A stretch of DNA of 64,000 bases from a virus, in IMG/VR virus record IMGVR_UViG_3300031787_000005. One strand, written 5' to 3'. Position numbers and translations under genes: made by a program. The notes beneath the pieces were generated by a model. It saw nothing but the letters and a program-made list of their open reading frames with translations. It searched no databases and was not told where the DNA came from. Positions 9,495 through 18,638 of the stretch are shown here, one piece after another (position 1 is the first letter of the stretch; every line of letters starts with the position of its first letter).

Positions 9495-10462
9495 ATTTTT
9501 TTCCAGTTGTTAAACTTAATTTTCGCTTCTAAAGCTGAGTAGGTATTTGATTTTAACACATCCATAACATTATGTCCAGCGAGCACCATATCATTGATAT
9601 CTTTTTGCTCAATGGATGTTGGCCAAATAATCACCTTGTCGCCTCTATTGATGGTTTTTTCGATTCGGTTGACGATTTCTCGATTGCGAGGTTCGTTATC
9701 AAAAACGTAAATATAATCGTCCCAACCAAACGACCCAATATCAACGTCGGACCCACACATAGCAACAGCATTTTGTACAAACGTGGAGTCGAAGGGTCCC
9801 TCAACAATGTAAATGGGTTTCGAAGAATCCACTTGGTCAAGACCATAAATCTTCGGGGCATCATCAGAAAGCATCACAGTGATATATTTAACAGAGTTAG
9901 GTCCTAGTGCTCTTCCCTGGAAACCAATCAAGTTACTTTCAGTATCATACATTGGTATAATAATGCGACTCTCATCCCTACCAATAGTGTCGAACGTAAC
10001 TTTTTGAGTGTTTGTCCACTCCTTAAAATTGTTAGCAAAATAAAACTTTTCGGGATCAAGTCGTCTTTTTTCCAAATAGTTTTTTGCTATTTCTACTTCT
10101 GATGCTTTTGGTAATTCCAGTTTCTTTTTAAAGACGGGTTTAGTAAATTCAAATTTAGGTTCTTCTACAACGAAGTTCTTACCCGTATGTCCTTCTTTAA
10201 ACTTCTCCATCGTGTACTGCTTGTATAGTACGGTATCAATCTCTTTAAGGAAATTATTAAAAGACATACTAGCACCACAATTGTGACACTTGAAGTTGGT
10301 ATTGTTCTTTACGGGATACAAATATCCCCTCGTCTTGTTCTTGTTCTTCTGGGAGTCTCCACAAATAGGGCAGCGGAAGTTGTAGAGATCCGACTTAACC
10401 CTCTTAAATTTTTGCAAGCGTGATGAAACGAGTCCAATATACTTGGAGTCAACAAAATCCAT
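9491..10462 (-). CDS. gp61: DNA primase (T4 gp61-like)
   Basis: Zn ribbon CPICGD...CHNCG; TOPRIM IVEGPFDS, DINDM. Confidence 0.95.
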   Translation of the reverse strand: MDFVDSKYIGLVSSRLQKFKRVKSDLYNFRCPICGDSQKNKNKTRGYLYPVKNNTNFKCHNCGASMSFNNFLKEIDTVLYKQYTMEKFKEGHTGKNFVVEEPKFEFTKPVFKKKLELPKASEVEIAKNYLEKRRLDPEKFYFANNFKEWTNTQKVTFDTIGRDESRIIIPMYDTESNLIGFQGRALGPNSVKYITVMLSDDAPKIYGLDQVDSSKPIYIVEGPFDSTFVQNAVAMCGSDVDIGSFGWDDYIYVFDNEPRNREIVNRIEKTINRGDKVIIWPTSIEQKDINDMVLAGHNVMDVLKSNTYSALEAKIKFNNWKKI

Positions 10463-10471
10463 TATGAAAGA

Positions 10472-10885
10472 TTACTTTGCTCTTTCTATTGTAATCTGGG
10501 ATGACCTAGAAGTCAAGACATTGGGTAACCAAGATCCAGCAAGTGTAACTACAATAACTACAACAGCAAGAACACCACCAACTTGCCATCTAAACTTTAA
10601 AAGATTGTCAATATTTTCTTCTATCTTATTAAATCTTTCTGCCATTTCATCATGCTCTACCTGATTATCCTTTTTGATTTCATCAATCATTCGAATGAGG
10701 AGTTCATCAGTTTTCATACTTTGTTCAATCCTCTCATCATGTTTTGCAAGAATCGTAGCGATGCGTGAATTACCTTCGGAAATCTTATCGACCGCTGATT
10801 CTAATTTTGATAACATTTCGCGGGATAGATCTTCATAAATACCGAGTTTAGATTCAAGAACCGCTAATTTTGATCCTGACAACAT
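10472..10885 (-). CDS. coiled-coil protein with C-terminal TM helix
   Basis: Start reassigned to MLSGSK; hydrophobic C-terminal segment. Confidence 0.7.
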   Translation of the reverse strand: MLSGSKLAVLESKLGIYEDLSREMLSKLESAVDKISEGNSRIATILAKHDERIEQSMKTDELLIRMIDEIKKDNQVEHDEMAERFNKIEENIDNLLKFRWQVGGVLAVVVIVVTLAGSWLPNVLTSRSSQITIERAK

Positions 10886-10889
10886 TGTC

Positions 10890-11081
10890 CTACTGAGGTG
10901 GAGTTCTTCTTTGCAACCAGTTTTTACGAAATCCTTTTCCGTAAATATACTTCTTTCCTTTGCGGACTGGAGGATCATCACCAGACTCTTTAGTTCCAGC
11001 GATTTGACCTGCACCAAGATTCATTGTTGGTGCTTCTTCCTTTAAAGAACGAATAATACCAATAATTCTATCGATATCCAT
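10890..11081 (-). CDS. hypothetical protein
   Basis: ATG (MDIDRII) abuts the upstream stop. Confidence 0.65.
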   Translation of the reverse strand: MDIDRIIGIIRSLKEEAPTMNLGAGQIAGTKESGDDPPVRKGKKYIYGKGFRKNWLQRRTPPQ

Positions 11082-11452
11082 TAGATTGAATTTAGTTCGT
11101 TTAAACAATAGTGATCTTCAAGTATTCCATGAATTTCTGTTTTTGGATATTCAGGAATTCTATTTAAGAATAACAAGAAACTTTTTATAGGTGGCCAAAG
11201 ATTTTGCTCTAAATTATAAAAAAGCAAAGGAATTGCTGCATCATCAAATACATTAAAGAGAACTGTAAGATGATTTAGAATTAAATGAGTCTTCAATACA
11301 CCAGTATTTTTGTATCTTTTTAATAATCTCTTAATATACTTAATTCTTTTCAAGTCGTCCTCAAAATCTTCCATGGTCAAAGCATGAGGATTATTGTAAA
11401 ATTTTATAGCGAAGAGTAAATAATTACTCTCATTCAATTCATCAAATCTCAT
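11081..11452 (-). CDS. conserved cyanophage hypothetical protein
   Basis: MRFDELNESNYLLFAIK..DLKRIKYIKRLL type sequence typical of T4-like cyanophages. Confidence 0.8.
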   Translation of the reverse strand: MRFDELNESNYLLFAIKFYNNPHALTMEDFEDDLKRIKYIKRLLKRYKNTGVLKTHLILNHLTVLFNVFDDAAIPLLFYNLEQNLWPPIKSFLLFLNRIPEYPKTEIHGILEDHYCLNELNSI

Positions 11453-11461
11453 ATCATATTA

Positions 11462-12025
11462 TCAGCTATCTGGGAATCTTGCGTCGTCAGCAGCATCTCC
11501 TGAACCAGTGGTGATTCCACTAAATGCAACTAGGGTTTCTGACTTAACTCTGAAGTTTCCATGATTGTCAACATAGGTTGTTACACCAACCCAACCAGCA
11601 TGAGTTACGCCATAAGCACCAACTTTAGATCCAACTGTCGTTGTACGTGCAATACCAGTTTCAATAGTATCTACACCAAACACTGCGGAGAATCTATTTA
11701 CTTTAACGTCAGGTGCGTTATATTGATGATCTTCAAGAGTATATTTTGGTTTTTGAGTTACAGTATATGCAGCACCAGCAATAGCACCATTCAATGGAAT
11801 CAAGAATTGTGTTGAACCAATTGAAAGTAAAGTTGCTGAGGTTACTCCAGTTACAACTGCTTGCCCATAAGTGGCTCCAGTTCCAACAACTAGAATATCT
11901 CCAGTAGAGATTCCAGCAGTTACAAAAGTTGTACCACTTCCAGTTACTGTTTTAGCAGAAAGATTAATTGTTATAGTTCCAGTAAGACCCGCGCTTAAAG
12001 AATCTTTATTGCCCCAAAGAGCCAT
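11462..12025 (-). CDS. virion structural protein
   Basis: MALWG start, Gly/Thr-rich beta content, late promoter upstream. Confidence 0.75.
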   Translation of the reverse strand: MALWGNKDSLSAGLTGTITINLSAKTVTGSGTTFVTAGISTGDILVVGTGATYGQAVVTGVTSATLLSIGSTQFLIPLNGAIAGAAYTVTQKPKYTLEDHQYNAPDVKVNRFSAVFGVDTIETGIARTTTVGSKVGAYGVTHAGWVGVTTYVDNHGNFRVKSETLVAFSGITTGSGDAADDARFPDS

Positions 12026-12056
12026 GTTTCCTTACCTATAATTCTTTGTATACAGA

Positions 12057-12064
12057 TATTTATA
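12057..12064 (-). promoter_or_regulatory. T4-type late promoter TATAAATA
   Basis: Exact motif directly after a terminator. Confidence 0.75.
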
Positions 12065-12093
12065 AAAAAAGGAGACCTTAAGTTTGGTCTCCT
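12062..12093 (-). terminator. Rho-independent terminator
   Basis: GGAGACC/GGTCTCC hairpin plus T-tract on the minus strand. Confidence 0.7.
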
Positions 12094-12104
12094 TCTATTT
12101 ATGT

Positions 12105-12284
12105 TCAAGGAGTAAGATCTTTTGCTCCCTTATCCTTCAAGACTTTTTGTGCCTGAAGAAGAACAAGTGAAAGAATTCCGTTTGATTTGACTTTTGGGTT
12201 TGCTCCCAATGCTTCTGAAACTGCAAGTGCAAGAGTCAGAAGTAAAGTTTGGTTAGCAAGACACCAAGCTACTAGAGCGGACAT
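12105..12284 (-). CDS. 59-aa membrane protein (MSALVAWCLANQTLLLTLALAVSEALGANPKVKSNGILSLVLL...)
   Basis: Manual translation; GGAGG SD; two hydrophobic segments (holin-like size, function unproven). Confidence 0.65.
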   Translation of the reverse strand: MSALVAWCLANQTLLLTLALAVSEALGANPKVKSNGILSLVLLQAQKVLKDKGAKDLTP

Positions 12285-12323
12285 AATAACCTCCGTGTGA
12301 AGAGTATCCTGTCCTATTTAGAA

Positions 12324-13865
12324 TCAGTCAAACCTCGAACTCATATTATCTTGTGCTCTCTTTTTAGCAGCACGAATCTTTGCTACTTTTTGAGCAGGTG
12401 ATGCAGGAGCACCATATTCACCAGCAGCAGGTGGTTTCTTACCAGGAACTTTTTTCTCACCTCTTGGTTTAACACCCATTCTACCAGTTCCCATAGATTT
12501 AGCAACTAATTCAAATGCTGGATTGCGTGGTTTTCTTGGAGTTCCTGCTACTTTATCTTCTTTTCTTCTCTCATCAATTACTTCACCCTCAGGCTCATAA
12601 TTCATCTTAAGTCCCATCGCTCTTAACTTATTCTTTGCAAGATTAAGTTTTGTTGGGATTTCTCTAGGATCCTCAACACCACCTTCACTCTTCTTGAGTT
12701 TTGGTTCTTTCTCATCTTCACAACCACATGCTTCTTCCTTCATCGCCTTATTCTTTGCTTTCCAAGCAGTTGCATAAGCGATTGACTTTTCTTTTTTGGT
12801 TAATCCACCATCAGCATATGATTTCTTAACATGCTTAACCATGCGCTCATACTTAGCACCAGGAGGAGCCTTTTCAATTAACTCTTCAGAATTTTCAACT
12901 TCTTCTTGAGAAAGTGGAATTCCTTTTTGAAGTTGCTGAAGTTTTGCCATCAGAGTCTTTTTCTGAAGAGCAACTGTCTGCTTATCTTGAGCAGCATCCT
13001 TTTTTTCAGCATCTGCTTTTTTATCTTCTTTCTTTTCTTCCTTTTCTTCTTTAATATTCTTCTCAGAATCTGGGAAGACTTTGATCAAACTTGAATTATT
13101 TACACCCTCTCCCGTCAACTTTTTTTCAGTCTTTTCCTCTTTCTTTTTTTCAATCAACTCGGCAAATCCATCTTGCCAATTGTAATCTTCTTTGCGAGTA
13201 GCAATTGCTTTACCAACTGCCTTGCGACGCTTCATCAGATACTTATCAGACTTATCATGATCACCATCATTGTCAACATCTTTGTCTTCCTGTCCAACAG
13301 GGTCTAATCCTTTACCTGCTTTTGCCTTTGCAGTTGAAGATCCTTTTGCCTTCTCAGACTTCGTTGGTTCTCCATATCCAGTCATCTCAACTGAAGAGAT
13401 ATTTGGATTAGCACGAAGTTCAGAGATCTTGGCACGGCTTGCCATTCTAACATAAGATTTGCCAGTTTTCTTATCGGTAACTCTTACTTTATATTTTGTT
13501 TCACCCGTTTCTTCAAGTTGAAGAAGATAATCATTTTGAACTTCTTCTACTTTTTCCTCAACTTTCCCAGATACAAATACATTATATAATGCAGATACAA
13601 CTGACTCTGTTGCAAGTTTCTTTGTATCAACAAGATCTTCACCGAGAAGCATTTGCTTTGCTCTTGCCTTTACTGCAGGGGGTGCAGGAGACTTTTGAAG
13701 TTGTGCAGCATACGCTTTTTTTACAGTGACAGGATCAGATTTGCCACCTGCCTTAGCAGCCATCGTCTGCTTTACTTTATAACGAGTATCATAAGCTAGC
13801 TGTCTTGCTTGCTTTTCAATTTTTTCCTTTGCTCCACCGGCAGGAGCTGCTGTAGGTTTATCCAT
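12324..13865 (-). CDS. modular charged virion-associated hypothetical protein
   Basis: 513-aa ORF; DxDNDGD motif; K/E-rich modules. Confidence 0.8.
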   Translation of the reverse strand: MDKPTAAPAGGAKEKIEKQARQLAYDTRYKVKQTMAAKAGGKSDPVTVKKAYAAQLQKSPAPPAVKARAKQMLLGEDLVDTKKLATESVVSALYNVFVSGKVEEKVEEVQNDYLLQLEETGETKYKVRVTDKKTGKSYVRMASRAKISELRANPNISSVEMTGYGEPTKSEKAKGSSTAKAKAGKGLDPVGQEDKDVDNDGDHDKSDKYLMKRRKAVGKAIATRKEDYNWQDGFAELIEKKKEEKTEKKLTGEGVNNSSLIKVFPDSEKNIKEEKEEKKEDKKADAEKKDAAQDKQTVALQKKTLMAKLQQLQKGIPLSQEEVENSEELIEKAPPGAKYERMVKHVKKSYADGGLTKKEKSIAYATAWKAKNKAMKEEACGCEDEKEPKLKKSEGGVEDPREIPTKLNLAKNKLRAMGLKMNYEPEGEVIDERRKEDKVAGTPRKPRNPAFELVAKSMGTGRMGVKPRGEKKVPGKKPPAAGEYGAPASPAQKVAKIRAAKKRAQDNMSSRFD

Positions 13866-13877
13866 TAGGAGATTTAA

Positions 13878-15143
13878 TTACTTATTCTTTCTATACTTAT
13901 TTATGAAATTCAATCCAAAATTGATTTGACCATATGCAAGATTCTCTTTTCCAAGTTCAGATCCTTTGGTTTGTTGTGCTGCATACTTCGTATAACCAGA
14001 AGTTCCAGCAAGAGTATTAGGTTTTCCAGGAAGTCTCATCTTCCTGTCCATTCTTTTTTCTTGATATGCTTCAGTCACATCTTTAATCCAAGACTTAAAC
14101 ATAATATGATCTTCGGTTACACAAATCAGATAGTTAGTTCCACGACGAATAATACGTCCAACCAAACCAGTATTCAGGTTTTCTACTAACTGACCAACTT
14201 GATAGATCTTCTCTTGAACGTAATTTTCACGAAGATTGATCCAATCAAACTTAGGTGCGATTTCCCAGAGACTCCAACCTTCTTTAATTTGCATCGCAGA
14301 ACGAAGAGTGTTATAAAGTTCTCTTGCCTGCTTTTCATTCATGGAAGCAGGAACACCCTTACGGAATGTTTTATAGTCCCCTTCTGCTGCTGCCTTTCTT
14401 TGCTTTGATGCAGACATTCCTGTTACATCATCATCAGAATCTGGATCCCTTTCTCCAGCAGAACGAACTTCTACATTATCAAACTGATAGAGTTTACCAT
14501 TATATCCACCCGTCAGTTTTTCAAATTCTTTGACACGATCTGCACCACCAATGATTCTTACATTTGCATAACCATCCATATGCGCTTTCTTAAGCACATC
14601 AAAGATAGTACGATTTGCAGCATCATTTACAATTCTCTCACTATGCTGAGGAAACATTTGTCTCATCACAGATACTTTTGTATCAGCATCAAGAGGATTC
14701 TTTTTCTTATCTTGACTGCGTGAAGGGACAATAACGTAATCTCCATCATCAGAGGACTTTGCAACAGTATCAAGAAGTTTTTCGTGTCCCGTCGTTGGTG
14801 GATTAAAGCGACCGAAAGCAATCGTCAGAGTTCCCTTAGTCTTTTCCACTTCAGGCGGAACCATTTCCACAGGTTGTTGTGCCTGGGGTTCCTGTTGCGG
14901 CGCAGGTTCCTGTGTTGGTTGAGATAAACTCTTTTCCTGATCAGTTTGTGCTGGGTCTTGCTGACCAACTCTTTGACGCTTATTATAAAACTTCAGTTGT
15001 CCTTTTTCAGTCTTTGCAACAAACTCACCAGTTTTTTTATCATACCACCCACCATGCCCATCACCAACTAATCCCATGCGTTGAGCTTGCTGAACCGCAG
15101 TTGATGCAGCTGCCTCGGATAAAAATTGGAAAAGATTTTTCAT
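13878..15143 (-). CDS. cytidyltransferase-like nucleotidyltransferase
   Basis: FGRFNPPTTGHEKL (HxGH) and MSASKQR motifs. Confidence 0.88.
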   Translation of the reverse strand: MKNLFQFLSEAAASTAVQQAQRMGLVGDGHGGWYDKKTGEFVAKTEKGQLKFYNKRQRVGQQDPAQTDQEKSLSQPTQEPAPQQEPQAQQPVEMVPPEVEKTKGTLTIAFGRFNPPTTGHEKLLDTVAKSSDDGDYVIVPSRSQDKKKNPLDADTKVSVMRQMFPQHSERIVNDAANRTIFDVLKKAHMDGYANVRIIGGADRVKEFEKLTGGYNGKLYQFDNVEVRSAGERDPDSDDDVTGMSASKQRKAAAEGDYKTFRKGVPASMNEKQARELYNTLRSAMQIKEGWSLWEIAPKFDWINLRENYVQEKIYQVGQLVENLNTGLVGRIIRRGTNYLICVTEDHIMFKSWIKDVTEAYQEKRMDRKMRLPGKPNTLAGTSGYTKYAAQQTKGSELGKENLAYGQINFGLNFINKYRKNK

Positions 15144-15367
15144 TACTTACAGATTTCAGTAGTTATCGCTCGTTCGTTTGCAACAATGTACCTGAGGACA
15201 CTATTCCTCATTTTCTTATATTTATTCATTTCCCTATCCGACTTACATAGGGAAATTTTTTTATCAAATGTCATGTAAATATGTGCCAGCAAATCATTGT
15301 ATCTCGCACCCCTAGTTTTAGATGGTGATTCAAATGATTGGATAATATCTTTTATTTGAGAATTCAT
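15143..15367 (-). CDS. hypothetical protein
   Basis: 74-aa ORF translationally coupled on both sides. Confidence 0.7.
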   Translation of the reverse strand: MNSQIKDIIQSFESPSKTRGARYNDLLAHIYMTFDKKISLCKSDREMNKYKKMRNSVLRYIVANERAITTEICK

Positions 15368-16467
15368 ATTTCAAAAAGTCCTTCAAGTGCTTCTAAGTAA
15401 TGTCGTGGATAAAACCGATAAACCTTTCCAGTTTTTGTAGTAGAACTTGCTACTTCCATTTTATATCTAATTTGAATGATTTTTTTATTTCCCAAAGAAA
15501 TTACAATCTTGGGATCTCCAGTTGTACTGACGGAGACATCATATTTATTTTTAACCAAAAGATCTCTAAATTCTCTATTAGCAACTCTAGTCTTAACTTT
15601 GCCAGCACCCACAAATTTTACCAACTCGGTATTCACATTTCTAGATAAACCAAAAATAATATAATCAGCAAATTTTCTTTTGATGTCCGTTTCTTCGGGA
15701 TCCCCAAGACCATTTGTTAATGCTTTAGCTGCATATTGATAAACAATTTTTGCACCCGCTTTTAATTGATTACCTCCACCAGTTTTTACGGCAACTTCTC
15801 TAGAAGGATATTTACGAGTATAAACCTCAGTGTCAAAAAAGTCATTAATAAAAGTATTGTATTGTTTATTAACTGGAGAAACATCCAAACCCATAGATCC
15901 AAATACATCTAAAAACTTATCAAATCCCTGCCCAGATACTTGATGAAATTGTTCTCCACCAGATACTTTAAGGGAATAATCAATATTTCTAAATCGTTTA
16001 TCTGGATTGGTTGGAGAATTAATTTCAATCTTTACATCTGCCTTTGTTCCTTTTTGATCTTCGGTTCCAGCAGCAGTAACTTTTATCATATCCTGCCTTT
16101 CATTTATTGAAAGACCTCTAGCCTGTGCATTTAGTCTGCTATGAGTATTTGCAAAATTAATTGCACCAGTTCTTAAGTCACTGACCTTAGACCAATTTGT
16201 TTTGATAGATAAAAAGTCTAACGCTTTTTTAGGAATTGATACACTTACAGATACCGTATCAATTACAGCACTGCCAACATCATTTACGTTCTTAACGTAT
16301 CCCTTTCTCATCATTTGAGATAAAACTTCATCAACATCGGAAGCAGTTACTGCTGGAAGAGTCTTTGCTGTTTTTTTCTTAGCTCTTTTTACAAATCGTG
16401 CAGCAACAGCAGCAGCAAAAAAAGCTTCAAACAAATCACCCCTATTTGCTGAAATTTTTTCCGCCAT
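15364..16467 (-). CDS. hypothetical protein, possible PD-(D/E)XK endonuclease
   Basis: GDLFE, KADVKI and YSLK motif order; basic and AT-rich. Confidence 0.45.
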   Translation of the reverse strand: MAEKISANRGDLFEAFFAAAVAARFVKRAKKKTAKTLPAVTASDVDEVLSQMMRKGYVKNVNDVGSAVIDTVSVSVSIPKKALDFLSIKTNWSKVSDLRTGAINFANTHSRLNAQARGLSINERQDMIKVTAAGTEDQKGTKADVKIEINSPTNPDKRFRNIDYSLKVSGGEQFHQVSGQGFDKFLDVFGSMGLDVSPVNKQYNTFINDFFDTEVYTRKYPSREVAVKTGGGNQLKAGAKIVYQYAAKALTNGLGDPEETDIKRKFADYIIFGLSRNVNTELVKFVGAGKVKTRVANREFRDLLVKNKYDVSVSTTGDPKIVISLGNKKIIQIRYKMEVASSTTKTGKVYRFYPRHYLEALEGLFEI

Positions 16468-16487
16468 AGTTTTTTAACTATTTAGAA

Positions 16488-16567
16488 TGCCCAAGAGAGG
16501 ACTCGAACCTCCACGCCGAAGCACATGATCCTAAGTCATGCGTGTATACCAATTTCACCACTTGGGC
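16488..16567 (-). tRNA. trnL: tRNA-Leu(UAG)
   Basis: GCCCAAG acceptor stem, TGGTGAAATTGG D-arm, anticodon loop CTTAGGA, GTTCGAGTCC T-arm; no encoded CCA. Confidence 0.93.
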
Positions 16568-16569
16568 AG

Positions 16570-16593
16570 TATTCGCTATTTGCGAATAGCGAA
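16570..16593. repeat. inverted repeat between the tRNAs
   Basis: ATTCGCTATT-tgcg-AATAGCGAAT. Confidence 0.85.
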
Positions 16594-16666
16594 TGGAGAA
16601 TAGCGGACTCGAACCGCTGACATCCTGCTTGCAAAGCAGGCGCTCTACCAACTGAGCTAATTCCCC
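16594..16666 (-). tRNA. trnA: tRNA-Ala(UGC)
   Basis: GGGGAATTAGCTCAGTTGGTAGAGCGCCTGCTTTGCAAGCAGG...GTTCGAGTCCGCTATTCTCCA. Confidence 0.96.
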
Positions 16667-16681
16667 AAGAAACCCGAAGGT

Positions 16682-16849
16682 TTATTTTACCACAACATCG
16701 ATGGCATCATCAAGATCTTGAATGACTGAACGAATATCAACAATACGTTCAGGAGTATGCTCAAGACCATATCCACGTTGTGCTTCAAACAGAACTTGAC
16801 GAACTGCTGCTGCAGCACGAACGTCAAGTTTAAGCGTTACTTTTTTCAT
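16682..16849 (-). CDS. 55-aa hypothetical protein (MKKVTLKLDVRAAAAVRQVLF...)
   Basis: Manual translation; ATGA overlap with the mazG stop. Confidence 0.65.
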   Translation of the reverse strand: MKKVTLKLDVRAAAAVRQVLFEAQRGYGLEHTPERIVDIRSVIQDLDDAIDVVVK

Positions 16850-17262
16850 CGGTCGTCAGCGGCACGATTTTCAGAGAAGTAAACATCAAACGCACCCTCA
16901 GGATAACGCTTGAGAAGTTTTTGCACATTACGAGCAACCACATCATCAAGGGTCACTTCAAGAGCCATACAGGCTTGGGCAACATACCACATAATATCAC
17001 CCAGTTCAATAATCATATGTTCCCGATTATCTTCATTGAATGGTTTGCCTTGGAAGATCATTTTCTTGACGATTTCCATAAACTCACCACCTTCGGCATT
17101 GATACCAACGGCAGCAGTCAGGAGTCGTTCAATATTAGCACCTTTCTCATCGAGTGCGACAAGACGATCAGAAAGAGAAAGAAAGTCTTTGGATGCATCA
17201 GAAGTTACAGCATCCACAAACTCAGCATACTTATCAAAATTAACGTGTCTAGCGGTTTCCAT
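16846..17262 (-). CDS. mazG: MazG-like nucleotide pyrophosphohydrolase
   Basis: GINAEGGEFMEIVKK...ELGDIMWY motif. Confidence 0.9.
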   Translation of the reverse strand: METARHVNFDKYAEFVDAVTSDASKDFLSLSDRLVALDEKGANIERLLTAAVGINAEGGEFMEIVKKMIFQGKPFNEDNREHMIIELGDIMWYVAQACMALEVTLDDVVARNVQKLLKRYPEGAFDVYFSENRAADDR

Positions 17263-18638
17263 TAAAATTTAAATCCTTCAAACGACTTTTTGGGTTTCTT
17301 GTCCTCATCATTATACTCGTCATCTTGTCCAGAGTCAAGTATGTCCTTTTGAGCAGTTTGCTCACAATCATACAACCTCATCTTTGCCCTGTCAATACCC
17401 ACAATAAAACGTTTGTAGATCGTAGGGTCATTGTATCTGTTCTTCAGTTGCTTCACCATAATCTGCCCAAGTGCCTCCAACTCTTCAGTGCTAATAAGGG
17501 CAAACATAAGATCAGCAGTAGCAGGGAGACCAAAGGACTCAGAAGTATCAGTAAGTTCAACATCGCTATTGCCATAACCTGAACGAGTGGTCTGAGTAGC
17601 GGAGACAATTGGGACATTAAACTCGACGGCGAGCCCCCTAAGTTCTTCAGCAATTGCTTTAATATATGAATATGAATTGACAGAACTGTTTGCCTTATGC
17701 CTAGAGGAAGCACATATATTAAGGTAATCAATGAAAATAATATCAGGTCTAAATGACTTCTTAAGTGCCAACTCATTAAGCAGTGCCTTAAAGTGTCCAC
17801 TATGGGCAGAGGCAGTAGGATACTCTTTAATTATAAGAGTTCCTTGCGTTTTCTTTGAGATGTTTGTGACTTTGTTCTCAAACATCTGGCGTGGTAAATC
17901 AACCAATTGCTGAATCGGAACATTGAGAAGGTTTGCATCAATTCTTTCTGCAATTCTCTCTTCCGCCATTTCAAGAGTGATATAGAGTACGGACCTGCCC
18001 TGTAACAAGACGGAGCTAGCCAGATGACACATAAACAGTGATTTCCCAACACCCGTTCCAGCGAGAGCAATATTGAGAGTCTTGTTAGGTAGACCACCTT
18101 TCGTGATTTTGTTGAAATATTCCAGATCAAACTCAATCTTATCTTCTTTGCGGTGGTAAAATTCATATCGCTCCTCATAGTTCTGAAGATAGTCGTGACC
18201 GATATTATTATCAAAACTTACCGCAAGAGCATCAGAAAGAATTGATGGAATGGCATCACGATTCTTCTTTTCATTATTTCCATCAGCAATATGGATTGAT
18301 TCCATAAGTGCCAAGTAAATGGCACGATCACGGCACCACTTTTCAGTTGTGTCCAACAACCATTGCTTATCTACAACAGAATCATTCAGAGATTTATTAA
18401 TTTCTCGGATTTCTTTGATTTGATCTTCCGTTAAGTCAGTGCGATTCTCTACCTCAATATTGAGTGCTTCAATGGTAATTGCTGAACCATACTTAACAAT
18501 GAACTGGACAATCTCTTCAAAAATGACCTTCTCGGTCTTTTGCTCAAAATAATCTGGTTGAATGAAAGGTATAACCTTGCGTGAGTAGTCTTCATTAAAT
18601 ACTAGGTTTCTGAGAATGGTTGTCTCAATTCGTTCCAT
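17262..18638 (-). CDS. gp41: replicative DNA helicase (gp41)
   Basis: Walker A AGTGVGKS, IDYLNI, TSESFG; start at MERIET. Confidence 0.95.
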   Translation of the reverse strand: MERIETTILRNLVFNEDYSRKVIPFIQPDYFEQKTEKVIFEEIVQFIVKYGSAITIEALNIEVENRTDLTEDQIKEIREINKSLNDSVVDKQWLLDTTEKWCRDRAIYLALMESIHIADGNNEKKNRDAIPSILSDALAVSFDNNIGHDYLQNYEERYEFYHRKEDKIEFDLEYFNKITKGGLPNKTLNIALAGTGVGKSLFMCHLASSVLLQGRSVLYITLEMAEERIAERIDANLLNVPIQQLVDLPRQMFENKVTNISKKTQGTLIIKEYPTASAHSGHFKALLNELALKKSFRPDIIFIDYLNICASSRHKANSSVNSYSYIKAIAEELRGLAVEFNVPIVSATQTTRSGYGNSDVELTDTSESFGLPATADLMFALISTEELEALGQIMVKQLKNRYNDPTIYKRFIVGIDRAKMRLYDCEQTAQKDILDSGQDDEYNDEDKKPKKSFEGFKF

